From Marsupella aquatica (Eukaryota; Plantae; Marchantiophyta), in NCBI GenBank assembly GCA_973895155.1, contig OZ316893.1:10979660-11043659 (forward strand): DNA of 64,000 bases, given 5' to 3'. Of this stretch, positions 1-14,487 are shown in pieces (the stretch's first letter is position 1; the number at the start of each line of letters is the position of its first letter). The translations under genes and the position numbers were made by a program. The notes under the pieces are model-generated. The model did no database searches. It was not told the origin of the DNA and saw only the letters and a list, made by a program, of their open reading frames with translations.

Positions 1-1686
1 TATATGGCGCATCCTTGGTTCATATCCCCAAGTCCAATTTGTTTGGACATTATTTTAATTTTTATGCCTGGCTCTGATGGGTGTCTCCTTTGTTATTTTT
101 TCTATCTCCAAAATTACTTGAACTCCTCATATATATTTTATTTACCATTTCCATTTTCAAATACAATTAGACACCCCGCCCCTCTAACGTTCATTCCTTT
201 CCATGCCCTCAATCAAAGAAAAGAAATGCTGCCTGTCATGTGCCTTGAACACGCCACCTGGTAGTCTCAACTGACCTCCAATACCACTAGGTCACACACT
301 ACTTCTATGTGTCAATTCTCCATACTCATTACCATTTAATCTTTTACAATTATTTTATATTTTATCTTAAAAAAGATATTGATATTTTTAAAATTAATAT
401 TATATTTTTATGTCATTTTTCAATAAGTTAAAAATGTCAAGCATTAGAACTCCTCAAAAATCTGTGCCCTCTTCAAAATTGAACCTGGATCCAAAAATGG
501 GGCTGGATCCAAAAATGGGGCTGGCCTGAAACTACAATGAGACACAAAAATGGAGAGAGTATTCCTGTGGGCTCCGGGAGAGAATCTAGGTGCATTGAAT
601 GACAATGCAGGGACTGGTCTCCCTGAATTAAAAAATTGGAGATGGAGGCACACTTTCCAATGTGACTCCTTCCCACGTGTCTTTCTAATCACATTGTTCT
701 ATGGTACCTTTATCTCATTCTTTTATAAATCCAACTATCATATTATACACATTGTATATCTAATGGATACATATCACTCCTGCCCTTTTTCATGGTTTGT
801 AAGCGTACCAAAGTTGAGATTTGGCTGCTTTGCATATTATAGAGTGTTTGAGATTTGGTGGCCTTGCATATTATAGCATATTATAGAGTGTAGGTGAGAA
901 TCATGGTCTTCGCATAACCAGATCTCACCTCCTGCATTGTGGCGCGCGGTTCATATAGAACATTGAGCCCTGGGTCAGGACGTCACGATGTGAGTCCTCG
1001 ACGACACATAGTAGAGAGGGGCCCCGTTGAGTACAAAATTATAGTTGTGGTCGGTTGAAGTCCAGACGATATGACGATAAGCATGCGTCTCTGCGTTTTC
1101 GAAAGCTGACTGACGACCGAGTCCACTGTGATCCCGTCCGACCCGACCTGAGAGTGTGAAAGTTGATCAAGACCGAGTCTCAGAGACAAATATCTCAGTT
1201 CGCACATCTTTCAAAACCTGGAGGTTCTCCACATCCTTCCCCATCTCGCGATTCTAGTTTTGAACGCATCACTTCGATGTCCGGATACTGTAGTCACTCG
1301 CAAGGTCACACGCTCGGTCCGGACTTATTTCAACACAGCTGATCATTTTCACTTTCCTCGAGCAGAATCCAGTCATTCACACGTCCGTCTATAATCTCTT
1401 TTTGATCCAGTGCTCCTGAGCTGAATCGATCCACCGCCATCCAGCAGCTCCAGCTCAATCCATGCGTACTTCCGAGGGCATGAATTTGGACCTGTCCAAA
1501 TCACTCGGCTGATCTTTTCTCAACAAGCTCGGCTAGGTGAAGGCTGGAGCTACAGCACTAGTACACTAGAACTGTATCGGATCCAGGAGACAAATAACGT
1601 TTGCCGTGTTTATATCTGCCCTCCAGCCACGTGAGCCTTCCAGGCCCGAAAACTGATCAAAACAGCTTCAACACCATCGATCAAGG

Positions 1687-3788
1687 ATGGACGACATTAG
1701 CAATGGAGGCCCCGTTTCACAAGGGGATGACAGCGCGTACGTGGCCCACGACATCCTCATGAAATTGTCGGTCTCCATGTCGCTGAAGGCGGTTCTTGAG
1801 CTGGGAATCCCGGACATTCTGTTCAAAGCGGAAGGAGGAAAGCCCTTAACAGCAGAGGAGATCCTCGCTCACTTGCCCGTCAAGTCACGTCAACCGAACT
1901 CCGATTTGACGAGAAGGCTTGAATGCCTTCTCAAGCTCTTGGTGTGGGAAGGAGTCTTCACGGAATCCTTCAATGACAACAAAGAACCTTCGTATGGCCT
2001 GACCAAAGTTTCCAATTGGTTTGTAAAAGAGAACGAGCTTAACATTCTACCGGTTGCAGGTGATTATTTGATCATTATCAATCTTCAGTTTATCCTTTGA
2101 AATCTTGATCTCAATGGTCTGGATAAGTTTGGTTTTGCAACAAAATTTGTGCCATCTGAAAATGGGACTTGCCAGTAGTACTACAGTTTGGAAACTTAAA
2201 AGTGTGAATCAACAGTCATTAATAGGAATTTACATCTGAGATGCCTGCAGAAATTTGTTTTAGTGAAGAGATGACGGGTGCTTTCGGTCGCCTAAGGAAT
2301 TCCATTCTAGACGATGCTGTCAACCCACTTGAAGAACAACTTGGAATGCCTGCGTACGAGTATGCTGGTAAACATCCGGAGTTCGGCAGGCTATTTCTAA
2401 ATACAATGCGCGGGTTCAACAACATGCAATACAGCGTCATCGATATTTTGCAGCGCTCTGGTGTGCTTGAAGGTGTGGAATGTGTGGTGGACGTAGGAGG
2501 AGGGACTGGAAGTTATGTTGCTGAGATTATCGCCAAGAACCCTCAAATGGGAGGAATCAACTTCGACCTCCCGGGTGTCGTTGCCCAAGCTCCTGAAGTA
2601 AAAGGTCAGTCACTGTTATTTACCATGGCTCCCAGTTGTAGCAAGATTTTGCTCCCGCTTGATCTTTACTCGCCGAAGGCTTTCTCGATCTTGACGACAA
2701 TCACCAGATCTTGACGATTAATCGCCGGAAGTGAGATTTGTCGGATGTCATCTCTAATAACACTTGACACCTTTTAGTGAAGCTATTCTGCCATCGTACG
2801 TTAGCTTCCTCGCAAACTTAACGCACCTGAATCTCGACTTCGCAAAGCGCGACTTCTTTATACCAATCGAGTGTGTTGAGGAAGTAACAAATAGACTCTG
2901 GCACTTTCCCATTACTAGAGTGGGGAGTTTTAATTAATCTGTAGGGTCCTTTCTCGGTTCCATTTCAGGCATATATAGGAAGGATTGTTTTCTTTCGAGG
3001 TCTCTAAAGACCTGGGTTTGTTTCTTGCCACGTTCAGGTATGACAAGCATAGGAGGCGACATGTTCGAGTCTGTGCCATCTGGAGACGCACTGTTTATTA
3101 AGGTAGGTACTGCGCATGATTGTCACACTTTCTAAAATTCTAGCACTCATGCCGGTCTGTACAAACGGCATCTATCATCTAAGAATTCTCGCATCAAAAA
3201 CACCAGCTGTACACCTTAATGGTCATGAGAAAATTTCTTTTCCGTGATAGTTACTTGAAAGTGGAACTATCACAAACATTTTGCATGATTTGAATTGCAT
3301 GTGTGTGATTTTTGGGGCGAGAATCTGAATGTTTGTATGCTTTGAATGTCCCAACGAAGTGTTACATCTTGTCTCTGGCCATTGGTGCCACTCTAACTAC
3401 CAACAGTAAGTGTAATTAAGTTGGAATTTAGCTTACTTCAGTCAGTGTGGTTCAAAATGCTGATGAATTGGACTTCGTGGAGTTGCAGTGGATTGTACAC
3501 AACTATGATGACAAAGATGCCATTCTGATTTTGAAGAACTGTTTCAAAGCTCTCCCTAAACAAGGCAAAGCCATAATCGTTGAGTATGTCTTGGGTGATG
3601 ACAACGACAGAAGCCCGAAAGCCAAAATGGCGATGTGCCTTAATTTTGATATGCTGGTGTTTATGAAGGGAGCCCGGGAGAGAACCAAGCCCGAGTACGA
3701 GAAGATCATCGAGGCAGCAGGATTTATACGCTCTGAGTTCATTAGTGATTCTCAATCCATGGATTTGATCGTAGCATTCAAGGAATGA
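1687..3788 (+). CDS. Plant class II (COMT-like) SAM-dependent O-methyltransferase, copy 1; exons 1687-2059, 2251-2604, 3038-3102, 3489-3788 (363 aa, intact)
   Basis: N-terminal dimerisation domain (LKAVLELGIPDIL), VVDVGGGTG SAM motif, GINFDLP, GGDMFESVPSGDALFIK, WIVHNYDD and GARERT motifs. GT-AG junctions join in frame (1092 nt). Confidence 0.93.
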
Positions 3789-4149
3789 TACCGAGTAGAT
3801 CCAAATTACCCAATTTCTATATAAGTCAGAATAATTTCCGTTACTGTCGGATCGTTATGTTTTCAGGATTGCGAATAGAAATTTTCGTGCTCCTTTTGGT
3901 GGATGACTTCATAGTTGTACCTCAAACTTCACCTAATTAAGATCGATATCTGAGATGAAAAAATCGTATCATCTCAACATGCGTTGAGAAATACGGAAGA
4001 TCTCACTCACTACTTGAGCATCTCTATTACTAGGAATAGAGCTGAAAGATCTCTTAGCTTGCGTCAAACAGGCAGCATATGCCAAAAAAGTTCTTAATAG
4101 ATTTCATTTGACAAAAAGGTCTCCATATGTAGTTTGTATGGAATTTTTT

Positions 4150-4600
4150 CTCTCATACTGTAAGAGCAACATGTGAGCAAATGCAGCACTATCAAGGAAT
4201 GGTTGGGGTCCTTAATGTACGTTGGTGAATGGACGACTCCAATTATTGCTTAGCTGTGCTCCAAATTAGGACAATATTGACATCATCCTGGGCCAGAGCA
4301 TGAGACTAGCACAAACAGAGCATCTGCATATGCCCAAGGAACTATACATAGTCTAGAACATAACTATCCAGTCCACTAGGTTTACAAATTCTGTCTCTCG
4401 GATTTTTTGGGGGTTCATGGATGCCTGAATGCTGATTATCTACACTATCGGATTTGTGGGGATTCATGGATGCCTCAATACTGATTATCTACTGTAGTTG
4501 ATAGAAACCACCAGTGGATATTTCTTCAAATTAGCTGGTGGACCCATCAGTTGGGAATCCCACAAACAGACAATAACTGCCACATCGTCAACAAAGGGTG
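4150..4600 (+). mobile_element. Heavily degraded Ty1/copia RT-RNaseH remnant
   Basis: TTSGYFFKLAGGPISWESHKQTITATSS resembles the copia RNaseH segment (STSGY..LAGGAISW.SKKQ..VA.SS). Upstream GSLMY-like and HPGPEH-like fragments are broken by stops. Boundaries approximate. Confidence 0.55.
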
Positions 4601-5434
4601 AGGGGGCTTGGCAATTCCAACCACGGAGCAGGAGAGATTGGGCTAGTGGTTGTCTGTCATCCAAGAGAAAAAATGTCAAGCACAGGGGACTTGGCAATTT
4701 CAACAAGGGAGCGGGACAGATTGGCGTTGTGGTTGTCTCATGTGGTTTGTCTCCTGTGATGGTGTCTTGTGAGACTCATTCCAGAGAAAAAGTTCCCCGA
4801 CGGTGACTTGCGGGAAATAGTCGGGGAACGTTACGCGTCTGTGGCTTTGCTCTCTTTTACTGTCTCTCCTACCTCTTCGTGCTTGTCGTCACTAGTGAGT
4901 CAACATTTGCCCATCTTCCGTCGGATTTCTTGAGTCTGCGGCTATGGCTTGCTCGTCATTACTCACTAGTTGTGCCTTGCTGACTGTGCCTTGCATTACT
5001 CGAGTCTGCGGCTCTGCGGTGTTGGAGGTTGTCAGGCCTAAGAAAAACACTAAGGTCAGTAGGAAGAAGTTGCTGCTTTTACTTTTTTCCCACAAGTTCT
5101 GTGGGCAAGTTGCTCTGACTTGGTCTCGCACCGCCTTTGTAATCGTTGCAGTAATCGTTGTTATTGCACCATTTCCTTTCTCGTGCTCTCTAAGTCCTCC
5201 ACAGACGACAGGGTTCATCTCGATTGTGTACAAAGAATCCTCATTTGAATCACTGCAACTGCTCTGAACCTCTATCCGTCGTAGATGTTGGAAATGGTTT
5301 TCTGAGATATATTACGAGTGCCTGAATAAATAGCGGCTGGCTAAGCCATAACAGAGGGGAGATCAATGGACTAAAACATAACCCTGAATCTAACCGCTAA
5401 TTCTACTTCTAAAGTCAATTGTCAATTGAATTGA

Positions 5435-8400
5435 AATTGCCTGTAAATGACCAGATATGCTTATATCCAGAGTGTTCATTGCTCTATTATTACTGCCAAT
5501 ACTACCAATGACTGCTTAAATATGTTTGAGAGCCTAAGGCTTGTGCCCTTCCTCCCATACATGCTTGTCTTTTGGGGACGGGATAGTCATTGCAAAAAGC
5601 AGTCCAACAAAATACAATACAAAATATGCATATTTATAGTATTTTGATCAATATTCTATAAAAGACAAGAATACATTTTGGATTTACAACATAAAATTGA
5701 GAATATCTCTTACTGTATTGTACACTGTTTGTTGTGGGAGGCAATTAGAGTCACATCAATTACACATGAGACATCTTTCAGATTCTACCTCTCTAAAACG
5801 TCTTTCACACTTTTGGCAGAACCACTACACATTTTGTATTCCATTAGCCAGTTTTACACCGAGCCACCCCATTAGCCTGAATCTGAGGGTCATGCTTAGA
5901 TCTAGTGTAATCTGATGGTCATAAATAAATCTAGTAAAATAACATAAGATACATGCCTAGCATCTTCTCCTTGACAAGAACAGGCCCATTCGCCTCAATT
6001 AGAGGATCATCCTTAGATCCAGGGCAATCTGATGGTCAGAAATTGATCTACTAGAATTACATAAGAATATTTCCTCTCCTTGACAAAAGAATGACATTTA
6101 TTAACCACACTGGCAAAACAGAACAAACTGTATGCAATGCTAAGGAAGATCGGAAAATGTTGATGCACAATCGATGACAAGCACAAAGAGGTAGGGAGAC
6201 ATCCCAACACTAAAAAAGCAAAGCCATCAATAGGGTGTCTCAAACCGTCAGCTCTTTCCGAGTAATAGCTGTGCCTTAATAGTCAGTAAGATCTTCCATA
6301 TCTGTCAACTCATATTGAGAGAATACCATTTTTGATCTCAGATATCTATCTTAAATCACCAATGGCCATGTAAAAGGAGAAGTGTAAAATACTTCTTCCT
6401 TTTTCATATTAATCTTCACTACGCTGAGACTATTCTCGCTTGTCCATATTCCTCTGTACTACAGTGAGACTTTGCTCCACAATTTCAAATCAGAAAATAC
6501 TGAAATCTGTGAAATGGTGTAACCAGGTTTTTGTCATGGCTAGGGGCTCTTTAAGGTGAAGTTTGACGTCCAACTACGTTATGATCCACCCCAACGAGCA
6601 TAAATTTTCCATTTGCAATCCTTAAAACACAACGATCCGACGGTCATATATCCCGACTTCTGCAGAAATTGGGTATTTTGGATCTGCTCGGTATATATCA
6701 TTCCTTGAATGCTATGATCAAATCCTGGGATCTTGCACTTTTAATAAACTCAGAGCGTGAGAATCCTGCTGCAGCGATGATCTTCTCGTACTCGGGCTTA
6801 GTTCTCTCCCGGGCTCCCTTCATGAACACCAGCATATGAAATTGAAAGCACATCGTCAGTTTGGCTTTTGGGCTTCTATCGTCCTCGTCACCCAACACAT
6901 ACTCGACGATTATGGCCTTGCCTTGTTTGGGGAGAGCTTTGAAACAGTTCGTCAGAATCACAATGGCATCATTGTCATCATGGTTGTGTAGAACACTCTG
7001 CAACACCCCGACGTACAATTCATCAGCATTGTGAACCCCACCGACTGAAGTAAATTGGATCCCAACTTAATTACACCTGCAGTCAAAAGTTGGAATGGCA
7101 CCATTGGCCGAGGGGAAGATGTAATTCTTCCTTGGGCCACTCCAAATCAAACGAACATTTGGGTGACTTACTGCCTCAAGAACTACACACGATCCAAATC
7201 ACACATTTTGTTGTGATAGTTCCACTTTGAAGTAAGAGAAGAAATGTTTTTGTTTCCAATAAATTTCACTGCTGGGGCTGCTGATGCTAGAATTGTTTAT
7301 CATAGATGAAAGACTTCCGCTCGCACAGACTGGCGTGAGTGCTAGAATTTTGAAAAGTCCGCCAATCATGCGTAGTCCCTACCTTAACAAACATTGCGTC
7401 TCCAGATGGCACAGACTCGAACATGTTGCCTCCTATGCTTGTTATACCTGAACGTGGCAAGAAACAAACCCACCTCTTGATTTAGAAATTGATCTGCCTA
7501 ATTATGCCTTGAATGGAAATTACTTTCTAGCAATCAGAAACTTTTGTTCTCGTTGGTACTTCCTCCAACACACTCGATAGGTATCAACAAGACTCGCTTT
7601 GTGAGGTCGAGATTTAGAATGCGTTAAGTTTGCGAGGAAGCAAACATAAGATGCCAGAAAAGCTCCACTAAAGCTGTCAAATACGATTAGTGATGACAGT
7701 TGACTTCTGGATATTCCTTTCAAGCCGTCAGTGAGCGCTCGTGTTCAGTCCTCGTAATGTAACGCGAGTGAGGTAGCTGCCATTGATGGTGACGATCGAG
7801 CGTGAGCAAAATCTTGCTACAACTGAAAGCCATGGTAATTAAATAACAGTAACTGACCTTTTAGTTCAGGAGCTTGGGCAATGACGGATGGGAGGTCGAA
7901 GTTGATTCCTTTCATCTGAGGGTTTCTGGCGATAATGTTAGCAACATGCCTTCCCGTCCCTCCTCCTACGTCCACCACAGTCTCCACACCTTCAAGCACA
8001 CCGGAGTGCTGCAAAAACTCGATGAAACCGTATTGCATGTTGGTGAACCCGCGCATTGCATTTTGAAATAGTCCGCCAAACTCCGGATGTTTACCAGCAT
8101 ACTCGTACGCAGGCATTCCAAGTTGTTCTTCAAGTGGGGTGACAACATCATCCAGAATGGAATTCCTTATGCGACCGAAAGCACCCATCATCTCTTCACA
8201 AAAAGCCATATCTGCAGGCATCTCAGATGTAAATTGCTATTACTGTTGGTTCACACTATAAAGTTTCCAAACTTTGGTACTACTGGCAACTCCTATTTTG
8301 GAAAGACCGGCCATGGATTGTGTCGAAAGCCAACCTATCCAGACTATTGAGATCAAGTGCCCCACCGATAAACTGAAGATTGATAGTGATAAAATAATCA

Positions 8401-10300
8401 CCTGCAATCGGTAGGATGTTGAGCTCGTTCTCTTTAACAAACCAATTGGAGACTTTGGTCAGGCCATACGAAGGTTCTTTGTTGTCATTGAAGGATTCCG
8501 TGAAGACTCCTTCCCACACCAAGAGCTTGAGAAGGCATGTAAGCCTTCTCGTCAACTCGGAGTTCGGTTGGCGTGACTTGACGACGGGCAAGTGAGCGAG
8601 GATCTCCTCTGCTGTTAAGGGCTTTCCTCCTTCCGCTTTGAAGAGAATGTCCGGGATTCCCAACTCGAGAACCGCCTTGAGCGACATGGAGACCGAGAAT
8701 TTCATGAGGATGTCGTGGGCCACGTATCCGCTGTCATCGCCTCGTGAAAGGGTGCCTCCATTGCTAATGCTGTCCATATTGGTGGTTAATTTAAAGCTGT
8801 TTGATCAATATTCTGGCCTGGAATGCCTAAGCGTGGCTAGAGGACAGATATGTGCACGGCAAACGTTAGTAGTTAGTCTCCTGATAATTAATCTACTGCG
8901 TCGGATAGAGTTCTACTATACGACCGTAACTCCAAGCCTTCACGTAACCAGGCTTGTTGAGAAGTGATCAGCCAAGTGACTTGGACAGGTCCAAATTAAT
9001 GTCCTCGGGAAGCATGCGTGGATTCAGCTAGACCTGGTGGACGGTGGTGGAATCGATTCAGCTCAGGAGCACAGGCTCAGAAAAAACTTACAAGTAACAT
9101 ACGTTTGGAGGACTGCATTCTGCTAGAGGAAAGTGAAATGATCAGCCGTGCCGAAATGGGTTCCGACCGAGAGTGTTCCCTTGCTAGTAGCTACCGTAGC
9201 TGGATATCGAACTCATGGATTGAAATTAAGAATAGCGAGCTTGAGAACGACGTGCAATCTAAGTGGGATACTTCCCTTTGTAGTCTCCATCCTAGTCAAT
9301 TCTCACACAGACTCTCAGATCGACTCTGAGAGGAATGGCCGGGAAGGAGTGGTCTGGTCTTCAGTCAAGTTCACACTGTCAGATTCCTGAATGGGAATAA
9401 TTACCTACTTTGGGGCATCCACCTTGCTTGTCCTGTAGCCTCGAGGGGTCATACTAGGGGATATTAACATGAGGGAGAGGACATAAACCATCCAATGGCA
9501 TCTATTTTGCTAATAATTAGCGCAACGAAAGCTGCATTAAAGGCCTACCCCCTAGAGTGAAGCTTAAGGACGGTATCTCCAAGTAAGGTCAGAGTGACAA
9601 TGATTCTAGCAAGCTTCTAGACAATAACTTCAATTAAGGACAAAACTGAAATGGGTGGACGAAATACAGAGATAGGAGCAAAGAGCAGTGTTTTTCTTAG
9701 TGGCACCTCCCCAAAAAATCTTTTGCCACTTTTGGCCAAAATTAGCTACTATGCTGTCTCATTAGCCACTGTTCCACCTAATCCCCCATTAGCCAGAATC
9801 GAACTGCCCGGGAAAATAATTGAATAGTGAATCTTTTGAGCATCTTCTCTTCACACACTTTACATTCGCCACTCTCGAGAAAAAAGTGAAATCCGTAAAA
9901 AATACGCTGGCAAAGAGGAACAATAGTGACATTGACTATAAATGTAGACAAAACTGAAATGGGGTGGGACAGCAGTCATAGATGAGGCAAAGGTATCATT
10001 GAATCCTTTCAATCCTTTGAAATTATTTTTTCTGTCTTCATATCTATATCTTTTGAGGAACGTGTAATCGGGCTTATATAGCATGATGCAAAGGCCTATA
10101 GTCTAGGGTGAAGCCTATAGTTTGTAAATCTCAATAAGGGACAAAATTAATACTGAGTACTAAAGGACAAAATTGAAAATGAGGAGGGCAAAAAATGAGG
10201 GGAGAGAAATTAAGGACGGGGATGCGCAAAGATGAATATAAAGTTTTCTTTGACAAAATTCTTTTTACTTTAATTCATCTTATTTTTTATGATCAAGGAA
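5435..10300. repeat. Left arm of a large inverted duplication (partner about 26420-32310) containing OMT copy 2 and its flanks
   Basis: 5460-5540 is the reverse complement of about 32210-32290; the OMT2 promoter (8780-9420) matches 27840-28465 reversed; more diverged similarity continues as 9420-10300 versus 26420-27560. Ends approximate. Confidence 0.8.
6698..8777 (-). CDS. COMT-like O-methyltransferase, copy 2; exons 8777-8402, 8211-7858, 7447-7383, 6997-6698 (364 aa, intact)
   Basis: Close paralogue of copy 1 with the same exon structure; exons join in frame (1095 nt); VVDVGGGTG, GGNMFESVP and SVLHNHDD motifs. Confidence 0.92.
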
Positions 10301-10689
10301 CCAAAGAACAGGAAGTGGGGCTAGTATTATGGGGCAATAATCACAATTACTTTCACAAGGGCAAGCCTATGATCCCAATGCACAAACAGTTAACATAGGT
10401 TCTTTTGATTGCAAGGAAACGAATGCACAAATAGTTAACATAGATTCTTTTGTTAATTTGCAAGGAAATGAATGCACAAATAGTTAACATAGATTCTTTT
10501 GTTTACAAGGATGGTATTGATTCGTTTGTTGGCTAGGAAACCTCTAATGTCGATTCGTTCCTCCTCTGTGGTGTGTTTGCCACGGAAATACAGCAGGAGC
10601 GTTAACTCCATTGTTATTAGGTGCCGGGGTAACTGACATCCCCTAAAATTGAATCCAAGTTTCGAGGATTGACCGTGCCATCCCTTGAG

Positions 10690-11004
10690 AACGCTGCAAA
10701 TAGTGTGGAACCCTTTGATTGTTATATCCGGGGCATAGCAACATCAGTTTGGAGCAGGTCCACCTCTTGCGATCTTTCTTGTGAGGGCCAGCCTAGCAAT
10801 TTTCGTGATGATTTCCTGAGCAATACTGGACCACTCAGTGTTGCCTTCTCTAAGTAGCCTCGATATGTGACGAGCTTGTTTGTCGAATGTGAGGAAGCCC
10901 AATCCTCCGTGCTTCTTAGGATCCGTAACTGTACGTGGACCAGGCAATCAAAGGCTTGTTGTGGCCGCCATTGTGGTTTCGGCCCCAAAGGAACCGTCTG
11001 CAGG
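10690..11004 (-). mobile_element. LINE (non-LTR retrotransposon) ORF2 remnant, post-RT part, left of the copia insertion
   Basis: KKHGGLGFLTFDKQARHISRLLREGNTEW matches the KxxGGLG post-RT motif of plant L1-type LINEs; continues across the copia TSD into 24332 onward. Confidence 0.7.
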
Positions 11005-11009
11005 CTTTC

Positions 11010-11284
11010 TATTAGAAAAGGTTTAATTGGTAGGCCACCGTCCAAAGTGGTAGGCCACCGTCCTTAGTTGTAGGCCACCGTCCTAAATTAGTGACTTAAA
11101 TTAGACCATGAGGTGAACTATGTTATAGGTACATGTGAGGGAATGTGTAGCATGAGAGAATACACAATATTCTCGTTTGACTTGACCAGGCATCCAAGGG
11201 ATGCCAGTCAATGTATAAAACCCCTCACTACTCAATGACAAACACACCGCATTTCCACATTCTTGGGCTCATGGATTTCTAACA
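11010..11284 (+). repeat. Copia 5' LTR (275 bp, TA...CA ends, three internal ~20-bp TAGGCCACCGTCC units)
   Basis: Direct repeat of 24028-24326; immediately followed by the PBS. Confidence 0.95.
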
Positions 11285-11297
11285 TGGTATCAGAGCC
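11285..11297 (+). promoter_or_regulatory. Primer-binding site complementary to initiator tRNA-Met
   Basis: TGGTATCAGAGCC directly after the LTR-terminal CA. Confidence 0.93.
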
Positions 11298-14200
11298 TTG
11301 TTGTGTTACTTCTGAATTGTGGGATTTCATATTTCTTATGAGGAGAGGAGAGTTGGTCTAGAGAGAGGATTCCCCCTCTAGAACTACTTGAATCAAATTT
11401 GAAGAAGTAAGAATTGGACTCAATTCCCTACCAATTGATGAGAAAAGTTTTTCAAGCAGGTACATCGGGCAGCAAGACAATTTTTTTTTTGTTGGGGGGG
11501 AGCAGTTGAGGCCAAATCTAAGCACGATTAGATGACATTTCAGAAGGAGCAGAGTTTGTCAAATTCACGTTTTGGGCGAGAGGACGCTTGATCTCAAATT
11601 TTGTTTTTGGCATTGTGAAGAATGTGACGACGCAGATGCAATAGAAAGCATTCCGAGTAGGTAATCTATGGTGAGCAATAATAGAAGTGTTCTATTGTGA
11701 ATGCAGTGCTTCTTGCAGTGGTCAAGAAGATTTTTTGTGGTGGCAAGAAGATTATTGGATAGTGATCCAATCAAAGGCGTTGGTGCTTTTCTTTTGAGCA
11801 GCGGCTCAATATGACGTCAAACATGAAGATCCCAAAGTTTGATGGCACATATTTCCAAGTGTGGACAAGAAAATTGATTTTGAGTTTCAAAGATGAGAAG
11901 CTGATGGGAATTGTTGATGGCACTAGCCCAAAGCCAACAACAACTCCAATGTACACCCCAACAAAATATGAATTGGAAGAGTGGGATCATAAAGACAACA
12001 AGGCACTTCGAATTCTGACACAAGGCATGGAGAATTCATAAGCACATCATATCAGTAGTGCCAAGACTGCTGCGGAAGCATGGTCAACACTTCTCAACAT
12101 GTTTGAAGCAAGTGATGCCATAACCAAGATGTATCTTCATGACAAGTTGGCCACTCTCAAGATGAAGCAAGGAGAAAGCGTCATAAAGCATGTACATGTT
12201 TTAAGAGGAATTTTGGAGCAACTTAATGCAGCGGGAGCACCAATGTCAAATGAGGATGCACGATTGGCACTCATGAGGAGCATGCCTCAAAGTTGGAGAG
12301 GGGCAATTATTCCTCTAAGGAGGGATACAACTCTTACTCTTCCGTCCTTGATTGCATATCTATTGCAAGAGGAAACGATGCAAAAAATGAAGGACTTGGC
12401 AGAGTTGACAACATCACTTTACATTGACTCAAGGCTAGGGTCGAAATCTACCATCTCACAAGGTAGTAATTTTGGGAAGGCTAGCACCTCCCAAAAACCA
12501 TGGAAGGAGAAAGCTTCCAAGATGAAATGTCACTTTTGTAAACGGAAAGGACATTTTATTCATGACTGCAGAGCAAGGATAGCCAAGGAGGGAAATGATG
12601 CCAAGAAGGTTCAAGCGAACTCAGTCATACATAAGTTGTATGTGGCATCAATTGGGAATTCCGATGAAGGAGATTCAAGTTGATATGTGGACACAACTGC
12701 AATCCAACATATGGTGCATCATCGAGAAAGCTTTGTGGAATACAAAGCTTGGGATCATGCCCATGTAGTGTATTTGGGAGATGATTCGACCTTGCAGATT
12801 GCTGGAGTGGGATGTGTTCCCATTAAATTCCATGATGGTTCAGTGAGGATAGTGGAACATGTGCTTCATGTACCTTGTCTCACAAAGAACCTATTTTCAG
12901 TGAACCAACTTGATGAAGAAGGAGGAGAGGCTATCATCAAAAAAGGTTCATGTACTTTGAAGAGTCTAAGTGGCTCTATCATTAGTACTTGCTTTACTGT
13001 TAACAAGTTATATAAACTTGGTGTAACTGTAAGCCTCCACACTGCAAATATTGCTATCACAACCGAGATCACAACAAGTGGGGCAATGTGGCATAAAAGG
13101 CTTGGCCACATCAATGAAGCTAGAATGCAACAACTGCAAGACCACAACATGGTGGAAGGCATTGGTAAATTTGATGGAGTTTCTTTGTCTAATTGCGGAG
13201 CCTGTGCAAAGGCAAAGTCTACAAAGTTGAAATATCCGAAGGGTGGAAGATCAAAGGCAACTGAACTTCTTGCCTTAGTTCATTCAGATATTTGTGGCCC
13301 AGTTCGCACTGCCACTCATTCAGGCTATGTCTACTTCATCACATTCATTGATGATTTCTCGAGATATTGTACCATATATCTCTTGAGGCACAAGTCAAAA
13401 GCCTTTGTGAAATTCAAAGAGTTTGAAGCTCTTGTAGAAACACAAACCGACAAAAAGGTTAAGGTGTTGCGGTCTGACAATGGAGGAGAGTACAAGTCAA
13501 CAACCTTTGACCTATTTTGCAAGGAATATGGGATTGCAAGGAAATTTACAGTTGCAGAGACTCCTCAACAAAATGGAGTAGCTAAGAGAAAGAATAGAAC
13601 ACTAGTGGAGGCAGTTCTATCCTTGTTGAATCATTCAGGTCTATCTCAATCCTATTGGGGGGAAGCTATTCATACAGCTAACTACCTTCAAAATCAAACA
13701 CCCACAAAAGCACTAGATGCCGACAAGACACCATATGAGCTTTGGTATGGGAGAAAACCAAACTTGTCACATCTCAGGGTTTTTGGATGTAGAGCACATC
13801 TTAACATCAACAAAAACCATCAAGGGAAGCTTGACAATCATGCCAAAGATTGTATTTTTGTGGGATATCCAGAAGACTCCACATCAAGAGATGTCTATAG
13901 GGTTCAACGAACAACCGATCGCAAGGTGATTGTGGCAAGAGATGTTCGATTTAAAGAAGACCAGCCCGGTGGAAAAGGCCCAGTTACTTCAGAGTTGGAT
14001 GATCCGGTGCTATTTGAACTTCCACTAGCACTAGCATCAACACCAACTCCAATGGGAGCACCAGTGCTAGCTCCGGCACCAGGTCCAGTGGGAGCACCAG
14101 CACTAGCACCAGTGGGAGCACCGGCTTTAGCTCAAGTGGGAGCTAATGCACCTGATGTTAGAGAAGAGGCTATTGAAATTTCAGGCACATCTACTTCAAG

Positions 14201-14455
14201 AGGACCACAACCAAGCAGTTCACTACCACGATCCAGGTCCACAGAATCATTTGCAACACATTTTGATGAATTTGAAGGTTCAATAGAAGATGATGCCTCT
14301 ACTCATGTTGAATTCTCAGAACCAGAATTTGGAAGGGGAAAGAGGAAAAAGATACCAACGAGGAGATATGGTTTTGACTCTGATTCAGCCATTGTGGCCT
14401 TAGTGACTGAATCTGGTCCAAGAATGGTGGAACCTACTTCTTTGAAGGAGGCACT

Positions 14456-14487
14456 AACAAGAAGCCTTAAATGATGAGTAACAAGCC
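14456..14487 (+). repeat. Left TIR AACAAGAAGCCTTAAATGATGAGTAACAAGCC
   Basis: Reverse complement of 22421-22452 with 5 mismatches; the first 15 bp are identical. Confidence 0.93.

Noticed and set aside
4670-5350. Possible minus-strand gag-like remnant
   Set aside because: Only vague similarity, with no clear zinc knuckle, LTR or PBS; not supportable.
10375-10500. Three ~45-bp repeats ATGCACAAATAGTTAACATAGATTCTTTT
   Set aside because: Ordinary local tandem duplication beside the LINE remnant, with no further structure.
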